Of a stretch of DNA of 64,000 nt, positions 42,401 to 50,590 are shown in pieces. The DNA is from Myxococcota bacterium (GTDB lineage: Bacteria; Myxococcota_A; UBA9042; PHBI01; JAWLBL01). The translations under genes and the position numbers were made by a program. The notes below the pieces were generated by a model. That model did not search any database and was not told where the DNA came from. It was given only the letters and a program-made list of their open reading frames with translations. The stretch covers positions 8,622 to 72,621 of the forward strand of contig JAWLBL010000016.1 in assembly GCA_041687695.1 (NCBI GenBank). The letters run 5' to 3'. Each line of letters starts with the position of its first letter. Position 1 is the first letter of the stretch.

Positions 42401-44809
42401 TACGACGAGGGCTACGAGCGCGGGCTGCACGACGCGGACGCGACGCTGATCCTGGAGAAGCTGCTGAGCCTGTGGGACACGGCGGGGCTGCTGCGCTTCT
42501 CGGCGCCCGCGCGGGCGCTGGGCTGCCTGTTCTGGGCCTTCGCGCCCCATGAGAGCGAGCTGAGCGCCGCCTGCGCCGCCTGGCATCGACGCGCGACCAG
42601 CTATGGGCGGCTGCGCGCGGCCTTCGGGCAGGGGGCGCCGCTGCGGGCGTTGGGCGGCGAGCTGGGGCGGGCGATCGCCGAATTTGCTGCGGCGCACCAT
42701 ATCGCGTGCGATGTGACGACCGCCGGGCTGGCGGGGCAGTACCTGGCCGAGGAGCTGACCGCCGAAGCGCCGCGTTTCGTGAGCAGCGCCGACGCAGATC
42801 GGCTGGTGCATCTGCTGGTCGAGGCGCTGGACCGCGCCGGCGAGCGCGCGGCGTTCGAGGCCGACCTGACGGTGCTGGAGGGGCGGCACGCGGCCCGGTT
42901 GGCGCTGGCGCGCGAGTGGCTGGCGGGGTTCGTGGCGTCGAGCCAGGACGAGCGGGTGACGGTGCTGCACGCGGCCATCGAGGAGGCGGCGACGCTGCTG
43001 GTCACCGCCGAGCGCCTGGACCGTCAGACCTCGGCAGCGCGCGGCTCGGCCGAGGTGACGGGCCTGCTCGGGCAGCACCCGCGCATCGCCGAGCGCAAGA
43101 TGACGCTGCGCCTCGACGAGGTGCTGGCGCGGCTGACCGCCTTCGTCTCGGAGCGGGTTCCGGGGTACCGCGCCTATCGCGTGACGGTGCGCGAGCTGCT
43201 CGAGCGCGAGCGGGCGCGGCTGCGCCTCGACGAGCTGATGCCGCGGGTCCTCAGCTCGTTCGTGCGCAATCGCCTCATCAACGAGGTCTACCTGCCGATC
43301 CTGGGTGACAACCTGGCCAAGCAGATCGGCGCGGTGGGCGACGCCAAGCGGACCGATTTGAACGGCCTGCTGCTGCTCATCTCGCCGCCCGGCTACGGCA
43401 AGACGACGCTGATGGAGTACGTCGCCAGCCGACTGGGGCTGGTCTTCGTCAAGGTCAACGGCCCGGCGCTGGGGCACGGCGTGACCTCCATCGACCCGGC
43501 CGAGGCGCCGAACGCGACGAGCCGGCAAGAGGTCGACAAGATCAACCTGGCGCTCGAGATGGGCAACAACGTGATGCTCTATCTCGACGACATCCAGCAC
43601 ACCCACCCGGAGCTGTTGCAGAAGTTCATCAGCCTGTGCGACGGGCAGCGGCGCATCGAGGGCGTCTGGAAGGGCAAGACGCGCACCTACGATCTGCGCG
43701 GCAAGAAGTTCTGCGTGGTGATGGCGGGCAACCCGTACACCGAGTCGGGCGACAAGTTCCAGATCCCCGACATGCTGGCCAACCGCGCCGACACCTACAA
43801 CCTGGGTGACATCCTGGACGGCAAGGCCGACGCCTTCGCCCTGAGCTACATCGAAAACGCCCTGACCTCGAACCCGACGCTGGCGCCGCTGGCGGGGCGC
43901 GACCAGCAGGACGTCTACAAGCTCATCAAGATGGCGCGCGGCGAGCAGGTCGCGACGACCGAGCTGTCCTACGGGTACTCGGCGGTCGAGCTGAACGAGC
44001 TGCGCGCGACCTTCCAGCACCTCTTCGCGGTGCAGGAGGTCCTGCTGAAGGTCAACCTGCAGTACATCGCCTCGGCCAGCCAGGACGACGCCTACCGCAC
44101 CGAGCCGCCCTTCAAGCTGCAGGGCAGCTACCGCAACATGGCCAAGCTGGCTGCCAAGGTCGCCCCGGCGATGAACCCGGACGAGCTGCAGGCCCTCATC
44201 GACGACCACTATGTCGGCGAGGCCCAGACCCTGACCACGGGCGCCGAGGCCAACCTGCTGAAGCTGGCCGAGCTGCGCGGGCGCTCGACCCCCGAGCAGG
44301 CCGCCCGTTGGGCCGAGATCAAGAAGGGGTTCGCCCGCGTGCAGCTGATGGGCGGCAAGGAGGACGATCCGGTCACCCGCGTCACCGGCCAGCTGTCGGC
44401 GCTGTCGGACCAGGTCTCGCTGCTGCGCGACGCGCTGATCGCCGCGCTGCGGGATGCTGCGGTGCACAAAACGGCCGGGGCGGCCTTCGACCCGAGCAGC
44501 CTCGAGCCGGTCGTCGCCCGCCTGGACCAGGCGCTGCGCCAGCTGGCCACGCCTCAGCTGGACGTGAACGTCACCACGCCGCCGCTGGACGTTGGGCGTC
44601 TGTCGGCGCTCATCGACGCGCAGGTGCAGGCGATCCAACAGACGCTCTTGCCCATCGCCCACTCGGCGGCCCGCAACCTCGAGACCGGCCAGGACATCGG
44701 CCGCCGCCTGACCATCCTGGTCGACCAGCTGCTGGGCGAGCAGCAGCGCCGCGCGACCGTGCCGACGCCGACGGGCGCGCCCAAGCCGAGGGTGAAGCCG
44801 CAGCCGTGA
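39476..44809 (+). CDS. Giant (1777 aa) protein with C-terminal MoxR/AAA_5-like ATPase domain; N-terminal 1250 aa are unknown
   Basis: Walker A LLLLISPPGYGKTTLMEY. Walker B and sensor region VMLYLDDIQHTHPELLQKFISLCDGQRRIEGVWKGKTRTYDLRGKKFCVVMAGNPYTE follows the MoxR/dynein AAA_5 pattern. The start lies 5 nt after the flotillin stop. Confidence 0.8.
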   Translation: MAAAAPSAKVAASAASAEVDTGNYEVIRGRLGALAKELGAKAEALNARRKEVFGGTELTVVGNERVRTEHNCVPRDIVNAGGHLLFGFNVFLGLKTETRIEDVFGLYRLGRTEQGWDLEAEPFGALPGFLDHPNFVKEFRELVNYYKDARLMQLRASETRLLAVFQTGNSPKDIRVFRWGLDPKRRPTYLDNRGERDHVYPPSHDFTWTATTREQHVQGRHPHINLLDQVFVETVGGDLTVKVEDNTEEGQGVYSEPVDDANQSLDDAQVYYARVGTLILLKVLPYREQVWRHLVFNTRTHHVVRIDAIGQACVQLPEDHGIIFPGGYYLQSGDFKVFDGDLSDLEFKRMLRSPNGEDVLYVFHRRVEGSYVLFPYNLIDKQIRTAIHAHGYSLFDDGTLVIFRNTGSEPTRVHPLQIWQTPFTSAEFHAAVPTDGSFLSKVGNADLVRGISDVLSVRRLIEQDSPNRQIYEDLIAAATRVMDAYYWLGSDEVGDLATSLKAVRQNAELIVDEFEKVLVLRQRAAEALAEAAEAKLVLERDLRPEGWRSVEPFMNALAAIRSQRGHVITLGEVRYIDRDQLGRLEAELVAHFDRVSKAAVEFLLRDDALQPLAEQLEGLLGRIEGVQKTPDVPPLREQLERTSEGLNVLTEVVGALEIEDPSARTRILEGISELFGQVNRVRATLERRRKELATAEGRAEFAAQFRLFSQAVSSALTIADTPERCDEQLSRLMVQLEELEGRFGELDAFISDLATKREEVYEAFEAKKQALLDERQRRASSLFDAADRILQGIARRARGFKTADELNAYFASDAMVAKLRQIAEQLLALGDSVKADELGSRLKSTRQEAARALRDKSELFDGDDAVIKLGRHRFNVNTQPLELTMVPRGDRMALHLTGTDYYELIEDAAFEATRDFWSQQVVSETPEVYRGEYLAATLLFDAVAGQGGASLQRLHEAARAPGGLAELVRAAAASRYDEGYERGLHDADATLILEKLLSLWDTAGLLRFSAPARALGCLFWAFAPHESELSAACAAWHRRATSYGRLRAAFGQGAPLRALGGELGRAIAEFAAAHHIACDVTTAGLAGQYLAEELTAEAPRFVSSADADRLVHLLVEALDRAGERAAFEADLTVLEGRHAARLALAREWLAGFVASSQDERVTVLHAAIEEAATLLVTAERLDRQTSAARGSAEVTGLLGQHPRIAERKMTLRLDEVLARLTAFVSERVPGYRAYRVTVRELLERERARLRLDELMPRVLSSFVRNRLINEVYLPILGDNLAKQIGAVGDAKRTDLNGLLLLISPPGYGKTTLMEYVASRLGLVFVKVNGPALGHGVTSIDPAEAPNATSRQEVDKINLALEMGNNVMLYLDDIQHTHPELLQKFISLCDGQRRIEGVWKGKTRTYDLRGKKFCVVMAGNPYTESGDKFQIPDMLANRADTYNLGDILDGKADAFALSYIENALTSNPTLAPLAGRDQQDVYKLIKMARGEQVATTELSYGYSAVELNELRATFQHLFAVQEVLLKVNLQYIASASQDDAYRTEPPFKLQGSYRNMAKLAAKVAPAMNPDELQALIDDHYVGEAQTLTTGAEANLLKLAELRGRSTPEQAARWAEIKKGFARVQLMGGKEDDPVTRVTGQLSALSDQVSLLRDALIAALRDAAVHKTAGAAFDPSSLEPVVARLDQALRQLATPQLDVNVTTPPLDVGRLSALIDAQVQAIQQTLLPIAHSAARNLETGQDIGRRLTILVDQLLGEQQRRATVPTPTGAPKPRVKPQP

Positions 44810-44873
44810 GACGCGGGTCGGCCGAATGGGGCCGGCGCGCGGGCGCCATGGGGCGTCATCTGGGGGGGACGCG

Positions 44874-45437
44874 ATGCGACAGCGCCTCGTCGGCTTCGAC
44901 ACGCGGGTGGCCATCGAGCAGGCGGCTGTAGATTGGCAGGACGCGGAGCGACGCAGGCGCTATCTGTTGCGCGACGTGCGCCGGCCGTTGTCCATCGACG
45001 AGGCGGTGTGGCTGCGGCGGGACACGTCATGCGTGCCGGGGCTCGGAATCCGGATCGAGACGCCGCGGTCTTGGCGTCTGGCTGACGCGCTGGCGGAGGC
45101 CACCGACCAGGAGACCGTCGTCGCCTTCAGCGTGCTCGTGGGCCCCAGGGAGCCCGAGTTCATGCCGTGGCTGACGCCGCCCGAGCTGAGCTCGATCGAT
45201 GCGCGATGGGAGTTCCTGGGCTGGGACATCGCCGAGAACGCCTTCCCCAGCGCGCTGACCAACTGCGGGTACGAGCCCGACGAGCGCGAGGCGTTGTCCG
45301 CGCGATTCGGCGCGGCGCTGAACGATCACCACCTCTTCGGTGAACTTGCGCCCGCCCTGGCCTGCCGGCGCGCTCAGGAGGCGCGGATCCTCGAGCATGG
45401 TCCGTGGGCCGTCTTGGGCCTTTATCGCGTGCGGTGA
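44874..45437 (+). CDS. Hypothetical protein (187 aa)
   Basis: ORF with a G-rich RBS, 64 nt downstream of the giant ATPase. No recognisable motif. GC3 is slightly lower than the host genes. Confidence 0.45.
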   Translation: MRQRLVGFDTRVAIEQAAVDWQDAERRRRYLLRDVRRPLSIDEAVWLRRDTSCVPGLGIRIETPRSWRLADALAEATDQETVVAFSVLVGPREPEFMPWLTPPELSSIDARWEFLGWDIAENAFPSALTNCGYEPDEREALSARFGAALNDHHLFGELAPALACRRAQEARILEHGPWAVLGLYRVR

Positions 45438-45623
45438 GGCCTCTCATCCGCTCGATACTTCGGGAAGTGCCGGGCCAGCGGGGCGGTCGCCGATCGCATT
45501 CCGTGGCATGAGGTCAGCGCGCAGGGTCCGGGTGAGCACTTGTAAGTGGTTGAATTGATAGCCGTAAGGAGGTTGGGTCGATTTTTCTTGTGCCCGCCTC
45601 TTGATGCGTGAACGCTTGTTCAG

Positions 45624-45659
45624 GCATGCTGGCCGACCCTTCATGGAGGACCAGCATGC
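45624..45659 (+). promoter_or_regulatory. Stem-loop sequestering the RBS and start codon of the HNH gene
   Basis: Perfect 9-bp inverted repeat GCATGCTGG ... CCAGCATGC; the loop contains GGAGGA and the second arm contains the ATG. Confidence 0.45.
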
Positions 45660-47695
45660 GCGAGCAGCGGACAACGGCAGGAGGCCTGGCGCGGTCGGAT
45701 GACGCGTCTCGAGCGGAACGTAGTGCGGTGCAGGGCTGCACAGAGCGCGAGGCGGCCGCCAAAGACGCGGCGGAAGCTCCGAGCCGGCGTGTCGTCGAAG
45801 GGCGGGGCTTCGAGGGCGCGGGCGTGCCGTCCAGCGCGTCGGAGGTGCGACCGCAGACCGCGGGCGACGAGTCGCGCCCCGGGGCGAGTGGCAGGGAGCG
45901 ACGTCTCATGGCCCTGGAGCTCGAGCTGGTCGGGCTCGCGCGAGGAGGGGCCGGGCTGCGGCTGGCCATCGGGCGGACGTTGGGTGACGTCGAACGGCAC
46001 GGAGGCGTGGCCGAGCTGGGGTTCTCGTCGCTCGAGGCCTATGCCGTCGAGCGCTTGCAGCGAACGGGCGCGTGGGCCAGAGAGACCCGAGCGGTCGCGC
46101 TGCGGTTGGAGCGGTGGCCCGAGATCGCGGGGGCGTTGGTGGCGGGTCGGGTCCCGTGGTCCATGGCGGCGCTGTGTGCGCGGCTGGCCCGCAGCTGGGG
46201 AGAGTCCCGTGCGCTGGCTGAAGCCGAGCAGCAGACGGTGCGTGGGCTGCGTGAGGTCGTCCAGCGGGTCGAGAGCGGGGGGGAAGAACCCGAGGGGCTC
46301 GACGCCGATGACGCCTTCAGTGAGGATGAACGCATGGCGTTCAGCCTGACGCTGACGCCCGAGGACGGCATGAGGCTCGAGCAGGCGCGCCTGCTCGTTC
46401 GAGCGCTCGGAGGTGACGGGTCGTGGGACGGGACGGTCGAGGCGCTCCTCGCCGAGGGTGAGGCCGAGCTGCTGGCTCGCAACCCTGGGCTGCGGCTCCC
46501 CGAGACCGACTGGCTCGACGACAAGCTCAGGCGGCTGGAGACGTATGGGCCCCGTGCCTTCGGCACCAGCCTCGACGAGGCCAGGGCCGAGGTGGAGGCT
46601 CGTCGCGCCCCCGTGGCGGCCTGCGATGGCGGGCTGCCTGGGGATGAGCCGGGGGCGACCGACTCGCCGCCGGCTGACATGGATCCCGTGACCTTGGACG
46701 CTCGGCTGCGAGAGCTCGCTGCGGCGCTGGCCACTCGCGAAGCTGAGTTCGCCACCCGAGTGCGCTGGTTCGTCGAGCGCGAGGGCTGGAAGATGCTGGG
46801 GTGGCACAGCCTGGCGCAATGGGCCCGCGAGCGACTGGGAAGCTCGGCTTCGGCCGTTCGAAGGCTGGTGGGGCTTGGGCGAGCGTTGGAGACGATGCCG
46901 TCGCTGCGGGCGGCGCTCGTCTCGGGACGAATCGGCCTCGAGGCGGCCATCCAGATCGGCCGCGTGGCGCACCCAGAGACGGTCGAGGGGTGGATGCGGC
47001 ACGCGCAGCATCTGACGATCAAGCATCTGGAGGAAGCGATCGACGTGGGCGAGCGTCGTGCGCGCGCCGGTGAGACGGAGCGCGTCGTGCCTCCTACCGA
47101 GGCTCAGCTCGAGGCTGCGTTCGCCCAGGAGACCGGCGTGCTGCGGCGCGTCTTCGATGCTGGAGAGGCCGAGGAGACGTCCGCGCAGATGTCACGGCAG
47201 GAGGAGAGCGGTCCTGAGGTCAGCGCGCAGATGTCACGCTCGTCGGGCAGCTGGAGGGCCCGGCTGTCGATTCGCGAGAGCCTGGTCGCCCGTTGGCGGG
47301 CGCTCGAGCGGGTCTGGCGCGAAGCGAGCCCGGGCGGCGGCAGCTTCGTCGGCTTCCTCACCGGGGCGCTGTGGAAGTCGTGGGAGCGGGCGATGGGCCC
47401 GCTGCCGACCTACGGTGACATCTATCTGCGAGACCGTTGGCGGTGCGCCTCGCCGGTGTGCAAGCGGCGGGATGTCACACCGCACCACATCGTGTTCCGA
47501 AGCCAGGGAGGGGGCGACGAGCCCGACAACCTGGTCTCGTTGTGCGTCGAGTGCCACCTGCGACTGCTGCACGAGGGTAGGTTGGCGACATCGGGTCCGG
47601 CGGGGAACGGGGTCTGGCGCATCGGCCGGAAGGGATTGATGACTGTGATGGGCCGACGCGTTCAGGTCACACCCGGCGAGAGCGGGGCTTCGTAA
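45656..47695 (+). CDS. DUF222 (13E12-repeat-like) protein with C-terminal HNH endonuclease domain
   Basis: C-terminal HNH region DRWRCASPVCKRRDVTPHHIVFRSQGGGDEPDNLVSLCVECHLRLLHEG. N-terminal architecture resembles actinobacterial REP13E12/DUF222 proteins. Many A/T-ending codons. Confidence 0.7.
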   Translation: MREQRTTAGGLARSDDASRAERSAVQGCTEREAAAKDAAEAPSRRVVEGRGFEGAGVPSSASEVRPQTAGDESRPGASGRERRLMALELELVGLARGGAGLRLAIGRTLGDVERHGGVAELGFSSLEAYAVERLQRTGAWARETRAVALRLERWPEIAGALVAGRVPWSMAALCARLARSWGESRALAEAEQQTVRGLREVVQRVESGGEEPEGLDADDAFSEDERMAFSLTLTPEDGMRLEQARLLVRALGGDGSWDGTVEALLAEGEAELLARNPGLRLPETDWLDDKLRRLETYGPRAFGTSLDEARAEVEARRAPVAACDGGLPGDEPGATDSPPADMDPVTLDARLRELAAALATREAEFATRVRWFVEREGWKMLGWHSLAQWARERLGSSASAVRRLVGLGRALETMPSLRAALVSGRIGLEAAIQIGRVAHPETVEGWMRHAQHLTIKHLEEAIDVGERRARAGETERVVPPTEAQLEAAFAQETGVLRRVFDAGEAEETSAQMSRQEESGPEVSAQMSRSSGSWRARLSIRESLVARWRALERVWREASPGGGSFVGFLTGALWKSWERAMGPLPTYGDIYLRDRWRCASPVCKRRDVTPHHIVFRSQGGGDEPDNLVSLCVECHLRLLHEGRLATSGPAGNGVWRIGRKGLMTVMGRRVQVTPGESGAS

Positions 47696-47895
47696 CCGGT
47701 GAGGCCTGGCCGGTTGACCCCCGCGCGGGCCTTGCTACAACGTCGGCACATGCAACACGTCGACCGGCGTGCGCTCGAACCTACGGAAACCGGCGGGGAG
47801 TTGGTGCGGCAACTGCGGACGGGATGGAATCAGTTCTGTTGCGAGTCTGGCGTCTGCACAAGCAGCGGCTCTCAGCGTCCGTGAGCGGGTGACCC

Positions 47896-48366
47896 TTGGC
47901 GCTCGTCCTCAAGCCGCCGGTCGCGCTATGGGACCTCGCCCGGTTTGCCGGGCGGGTCGCCTTTCTGGCCGGCAGCATCGAGATGGGCGCCGCCGAGGAC
48001 TGGCAGGCGCGGGTCGAGGCCGACCTGTCGGACCTGGACGCGCTGCTGTTGAACCCGCGCCGTGATGACTGGGACAGCGGCTGGGCGCAGTCGATGGACC
48101 ACCCGCACTTTCGAGCGCAGGTCGAGTGGGAGCTGGAAGGGCTCGAGCGGGCCGATGTCGTGGCGATGTATCTGGTGCCGGGCACCAAGGCGCCCATCTC
48201 GCTGTTGGAGCTGGGCCTGGTGGCGGCCAGCGGACGCCTGGTCGTCTGCTGTCCCGAGGGTTTTTGGCGCAAGGGCAACGTGGACGTGGTCTGCGCGCGC
48301 TACGGCGTCGCTCGCGTGCCGGACCTGGCAGCGCTGACGACCGAGCTGCGACGGCGGCTGGCCTGA
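47896..48366 (+). CDS. Nucleoside 2-deoxyribosyltransferase-like protein
   Basis: RVAFLAGSIEMG...WDSGW...QVEWELEGLERADVVAMYL...PISLLELGLVAASGRLVV follows the NDT/Rcl-like flavodoxin-fold pattern. Start is a non-ATG codon (TTG). Confidence 0.6.
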   Translation: MALVLKPPVALWDLARFAGRVAFLAGSIEMGAAEDWQARVEADLSDLDALLLNPRRDDWDSGWAQSMDHPHFRAQVEWELEGLERADVVAMYLVPGTKAPISLLELGLVAASGRLVVCCPEGFWRKGNVDVVCARYGVARVPDLAALTTELRRRLA

Positions 48367-48375
48367 CGCATCGGG

Positions 48376-49338
48376 TCAGGCGATGTCCAGGTCCTCGAGC
48401 ACCTTGCGCGCCGCCGTGTCGCGGGCCTGTACGTCGTCACTGGCCAGGTCGCGGCGCACGGTCTCGGCGTCGTCGTCGGAGGCGCCGCCGGCCTCGCGCA
48501 GCAGCGCCTCGAGCGCCGGCGGCGTGCGCGGGTCGTCGAGGTGGTTGGCGAGCAGCGAGACGACCGCCCAGACCAGGTCGAAGCCGGTCGACATGGCGAG
48601 CAGCGGCGCCTGCAGGTCGCGTTCGTCGGGGGCGGCTTGCGCGGCCTCGAGCAGGTCACGCGCGGGCGAGGCCTGGAGGTCGACGGCGGCCGCGAGCAGG
48701 CCGTCGGTCGGCGAGCCGCCGGCGTCGAGCGTGCGGATGACGCTCTCGAGGCGCTTGGCGCCCATCGTCCGCAGGCAGGGCAGATCGGCGCCCAGGGCGA
48801 CCTTCATCAGGCCCAGCGGCTGCCAATGACCCTGCGCCTGGCCCGTGGCGCCGCGCAGGGCGACGAGCGCATCGGCGGCGTTCAAGCGCACCAGCGCGTG
48901 GGAGTCGCCCAGGGCGGTGAAGAGCGCGGCGTCGGTCGCCGGGCCCGGGAAGTCGGCGAGCGTCCGCGCCGCGGTGGCGCGCTGCGACCAGGCGCCGGTG
49001 CGCAGGGTCTCGAGCACCGCCTGGAGCGCGGCGTCGTCGCCGCCCAGGGACTGCAGGGCTCGAGCTACGGCGACCCTGGCCGCGCCGGGACCGAGGCGCG
49101 CGAGCGCGTCCTCGAGGGTCTGTCGCGCACGAGGCGAGCCGAGGATGGCCAGGGCCTCCGCGGCGCGGCCGTCGTTTTCGTCGCGGAGCTTGGCGACGAG
49201 CAGGTCTTCGGCCTGGTCGCGCTCGTCACCGGTCAAACGCCGGAGCGCCTCGAGGTCCAAGCCGTCGAAGCGCTCGCGGGCGCCATCGGCTTCGAGGCTC
49301 CTGCGGAAGCGATCGAACGCGGGGCTGACCGCCGCCAT
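48376..49338 (-). CDS. HEAT-repeat (PBS-lyase-like) protein
   Basis: Repeated ALGDSHALVRLNAADALVAL-type HEAT units. Its start lies 2 nt after the stop of the upstream DUF4157 gene. Confidence 0.6.
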   Translation of the reverse strand: MAAVSPAFDRFRRSLEADGARERFDGLDLEALRRLTGDERDQAEDLLVAKLRDENDGRAAEALAILGSPRARQTLEDALARLGPGAARVAVARALQSLGGDDAALQAVLETLRTGAWSQRATAARTLADFPGPATDAALFTALGDSHALVRLNAADALVALRGATGQAQGHWQPLGLMKVALGADLPCLRTMGAKRLESVIRTLDAGGSPTDGLLAAAVDLQASPARDLLEAAQAAPDERDLQAPLLAMSTGFDLVWAVVSLLANHLDDPRTPPALEALLREAGGASDDDAETVRRDLASDDVQARDTAARKVLEDLDIA

Positions 49339-49339
49339 A

Positions 49340-50590
49340 TCAGAGCGTCCCCGTACGCGTGGCCGCCTTGGCAGCCGCCAGCTCCAGAGCCTTGGCGGTC
49401 GCGTCGAGCGTGGGCAGCACGTGATCAGCGCCGCGGCCGAGGGCGTTGCCGTCGGCGTCGAGCTCGCGGATGTCTTCGTCCGGGCCGCTCAGGGCGTGGT
49501 ACTTGATGGAAACCTTGCTGCCGAGGCTCAGGAGGATGTTGTGCTCGACCTCGCCGAAGATGGAGGTCGTGCTGTAGGCCCGCAGGTAGCAGTGGACCTC
49601 GCCCTGGCACTGCGAGACGAACCTGGCCGACAGGGCCGCCCAGACCGGACGGACCTTGTCCCAGTCCTTGTAGAGCTTGAGGCCGTCGGTGAGCTTGTAG
49701 AACTTCTGCGCCTCGAGGGTCTGCTTGCCCTTGGACACGGCGTAATCGCTGACCCCGATGCCGCCCGACCACAGCGCCATCTTGCCCTTGGGGACCTGCA
49801 TGTACGGGAACAGCTCGTCCGCGACGAGCTCGTAGTTGTCCGGCTTGCCGTCGCGGATGCCCTCGATGATGAGCGTCCACAGCTCCAGCGCCCTCGCCTG
49901 GCCGATGCCAATGGACGCAGCGCCGTCTCGGAACTTGGGCCACTCGGGGTGCCTGTTCGGCACCGCGAGCGCCTCGTCGCCGGGCGGCGGCTCCGTGCGC
50001 GACAGGTTGAGCCAGCTCTGCTGGCGGTCGCACACGTCGACCCTGCCGCCAGCGGCGGCCTGGCTCGCCGCGGCGTCGGCCTCGGCTTCGTTCTTGCTGT
50101 TGTCCGGCGCGATGCCCGAGCCCGAGCCGGCGGCGCCGTTGCGCGCCTGCACCACGTGCGCAAGCTCGTGCGCGACGAGGGCCTTGGACGGGCTGGCCGA
50201 AGCGAAGGCGACCGACTCGCCCGACGCCGCGGCTTCCGCGCCCAGCGACTCCATCTCGGCGCCGCGGCCGAGGTGCGCCTTGACGTTTCCGAAGCCCTGC
50301 CCGAAGGACTGCTCCATCTCGGCGCGGAACGGCACGACGCTGGCCGGTCCCTGGGTGGCCGACGTGAAGGCTTCGACGCCGGCGCCGCCGCCGCCGCCCG
50401 CGCGCGACAGGTGCACTGGCGTGGTGCTGCGCTCGATGGGGCCGCCAGGGCGAAGGCTCGCCACCTGTTCGGCATAGGACATGCCGCTCAGGCTCCGCTT
50501 CGTCTGCGTGCCGCGGGTCGCGGCCTCGGCAGCGTGACCGCTGGCGTTCGATTGCTGGGCCTGTTCGGTCCCCTGAACCGCCTGCTCCAT
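49340..50590 (-). CDS. DUF4157 (zincin-like HExxH) domain protein with unknown C-terminal domain; toxin-like
   Basis: VVPFRAEMEQSFGQGFGNVKAHLG...ALVAHELAHVVQ matches the DUF4157 pattern seen at the N-terminus of polymorphic and eCIS-associated toxins. The C-terminal 230 aa have lower GC and no recognised motif. Start taken at the internal Met with a GGAGA RBS. Confidence 0.6.
   Translation of the reverse strand: MEQAVQGTEQAQQSNASGHAAEAATRGTQTKRSLSGMSYAEQVASLRPGGPIERSTTPVHLSRAGGGGGAGVEAFTSATQGPASVVPFRAEMEQSFGQGFGNVKAHLGRGAEMESLGAEAAASGESVAFASASPSKALVAHELAHVVQARNGAAGSGSGIAPDNSKNEAEADAAASQAAAGGRVDVCDRQQSWLNLSRTEPPPGDEALAVPNRHPEWPKFRDGAASIGIGQARALELWTLIIEGIRDGKPDNYELVADELFPYMQVPKGKMALWSGGIGVSDYAVSKGKQTLEAQKFYKLTDGLKLYKDWDKVRPVWAALSARFVSQCQGEVHCYLRAYSTTSIFGEVEHNILLSLGSKVSIKYHALSGPDEDIRELDADGNALGRGADHVLPTLDATAKALELAAAKAATRTGTL

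Larger units (their letters stand above)
45443..47696 (+). mobile_element. Candidate inserted element carrying a DUF222/HNH endonuclease gene, bounded by 11-bp direct repeats
   Basis: cggtgaggcct occurs at 45432-45442 and again at 47697-47707, each copy overlapping a stop codon. The enclosed gene has atypical codon usage and its own AT-richer upstream region. Confidence 0.4.

Noticed and set aside
49340-49900. STTS and EVE residues in the DUF4157 protein's C-terminal domain considered as an R-S-ExE ADP-ribosyltransferase signature.
   Set aside because: The two motifs are only 5 residues apart instead of the 40 or more required by the ART fold, so the resemblance is coincidental.
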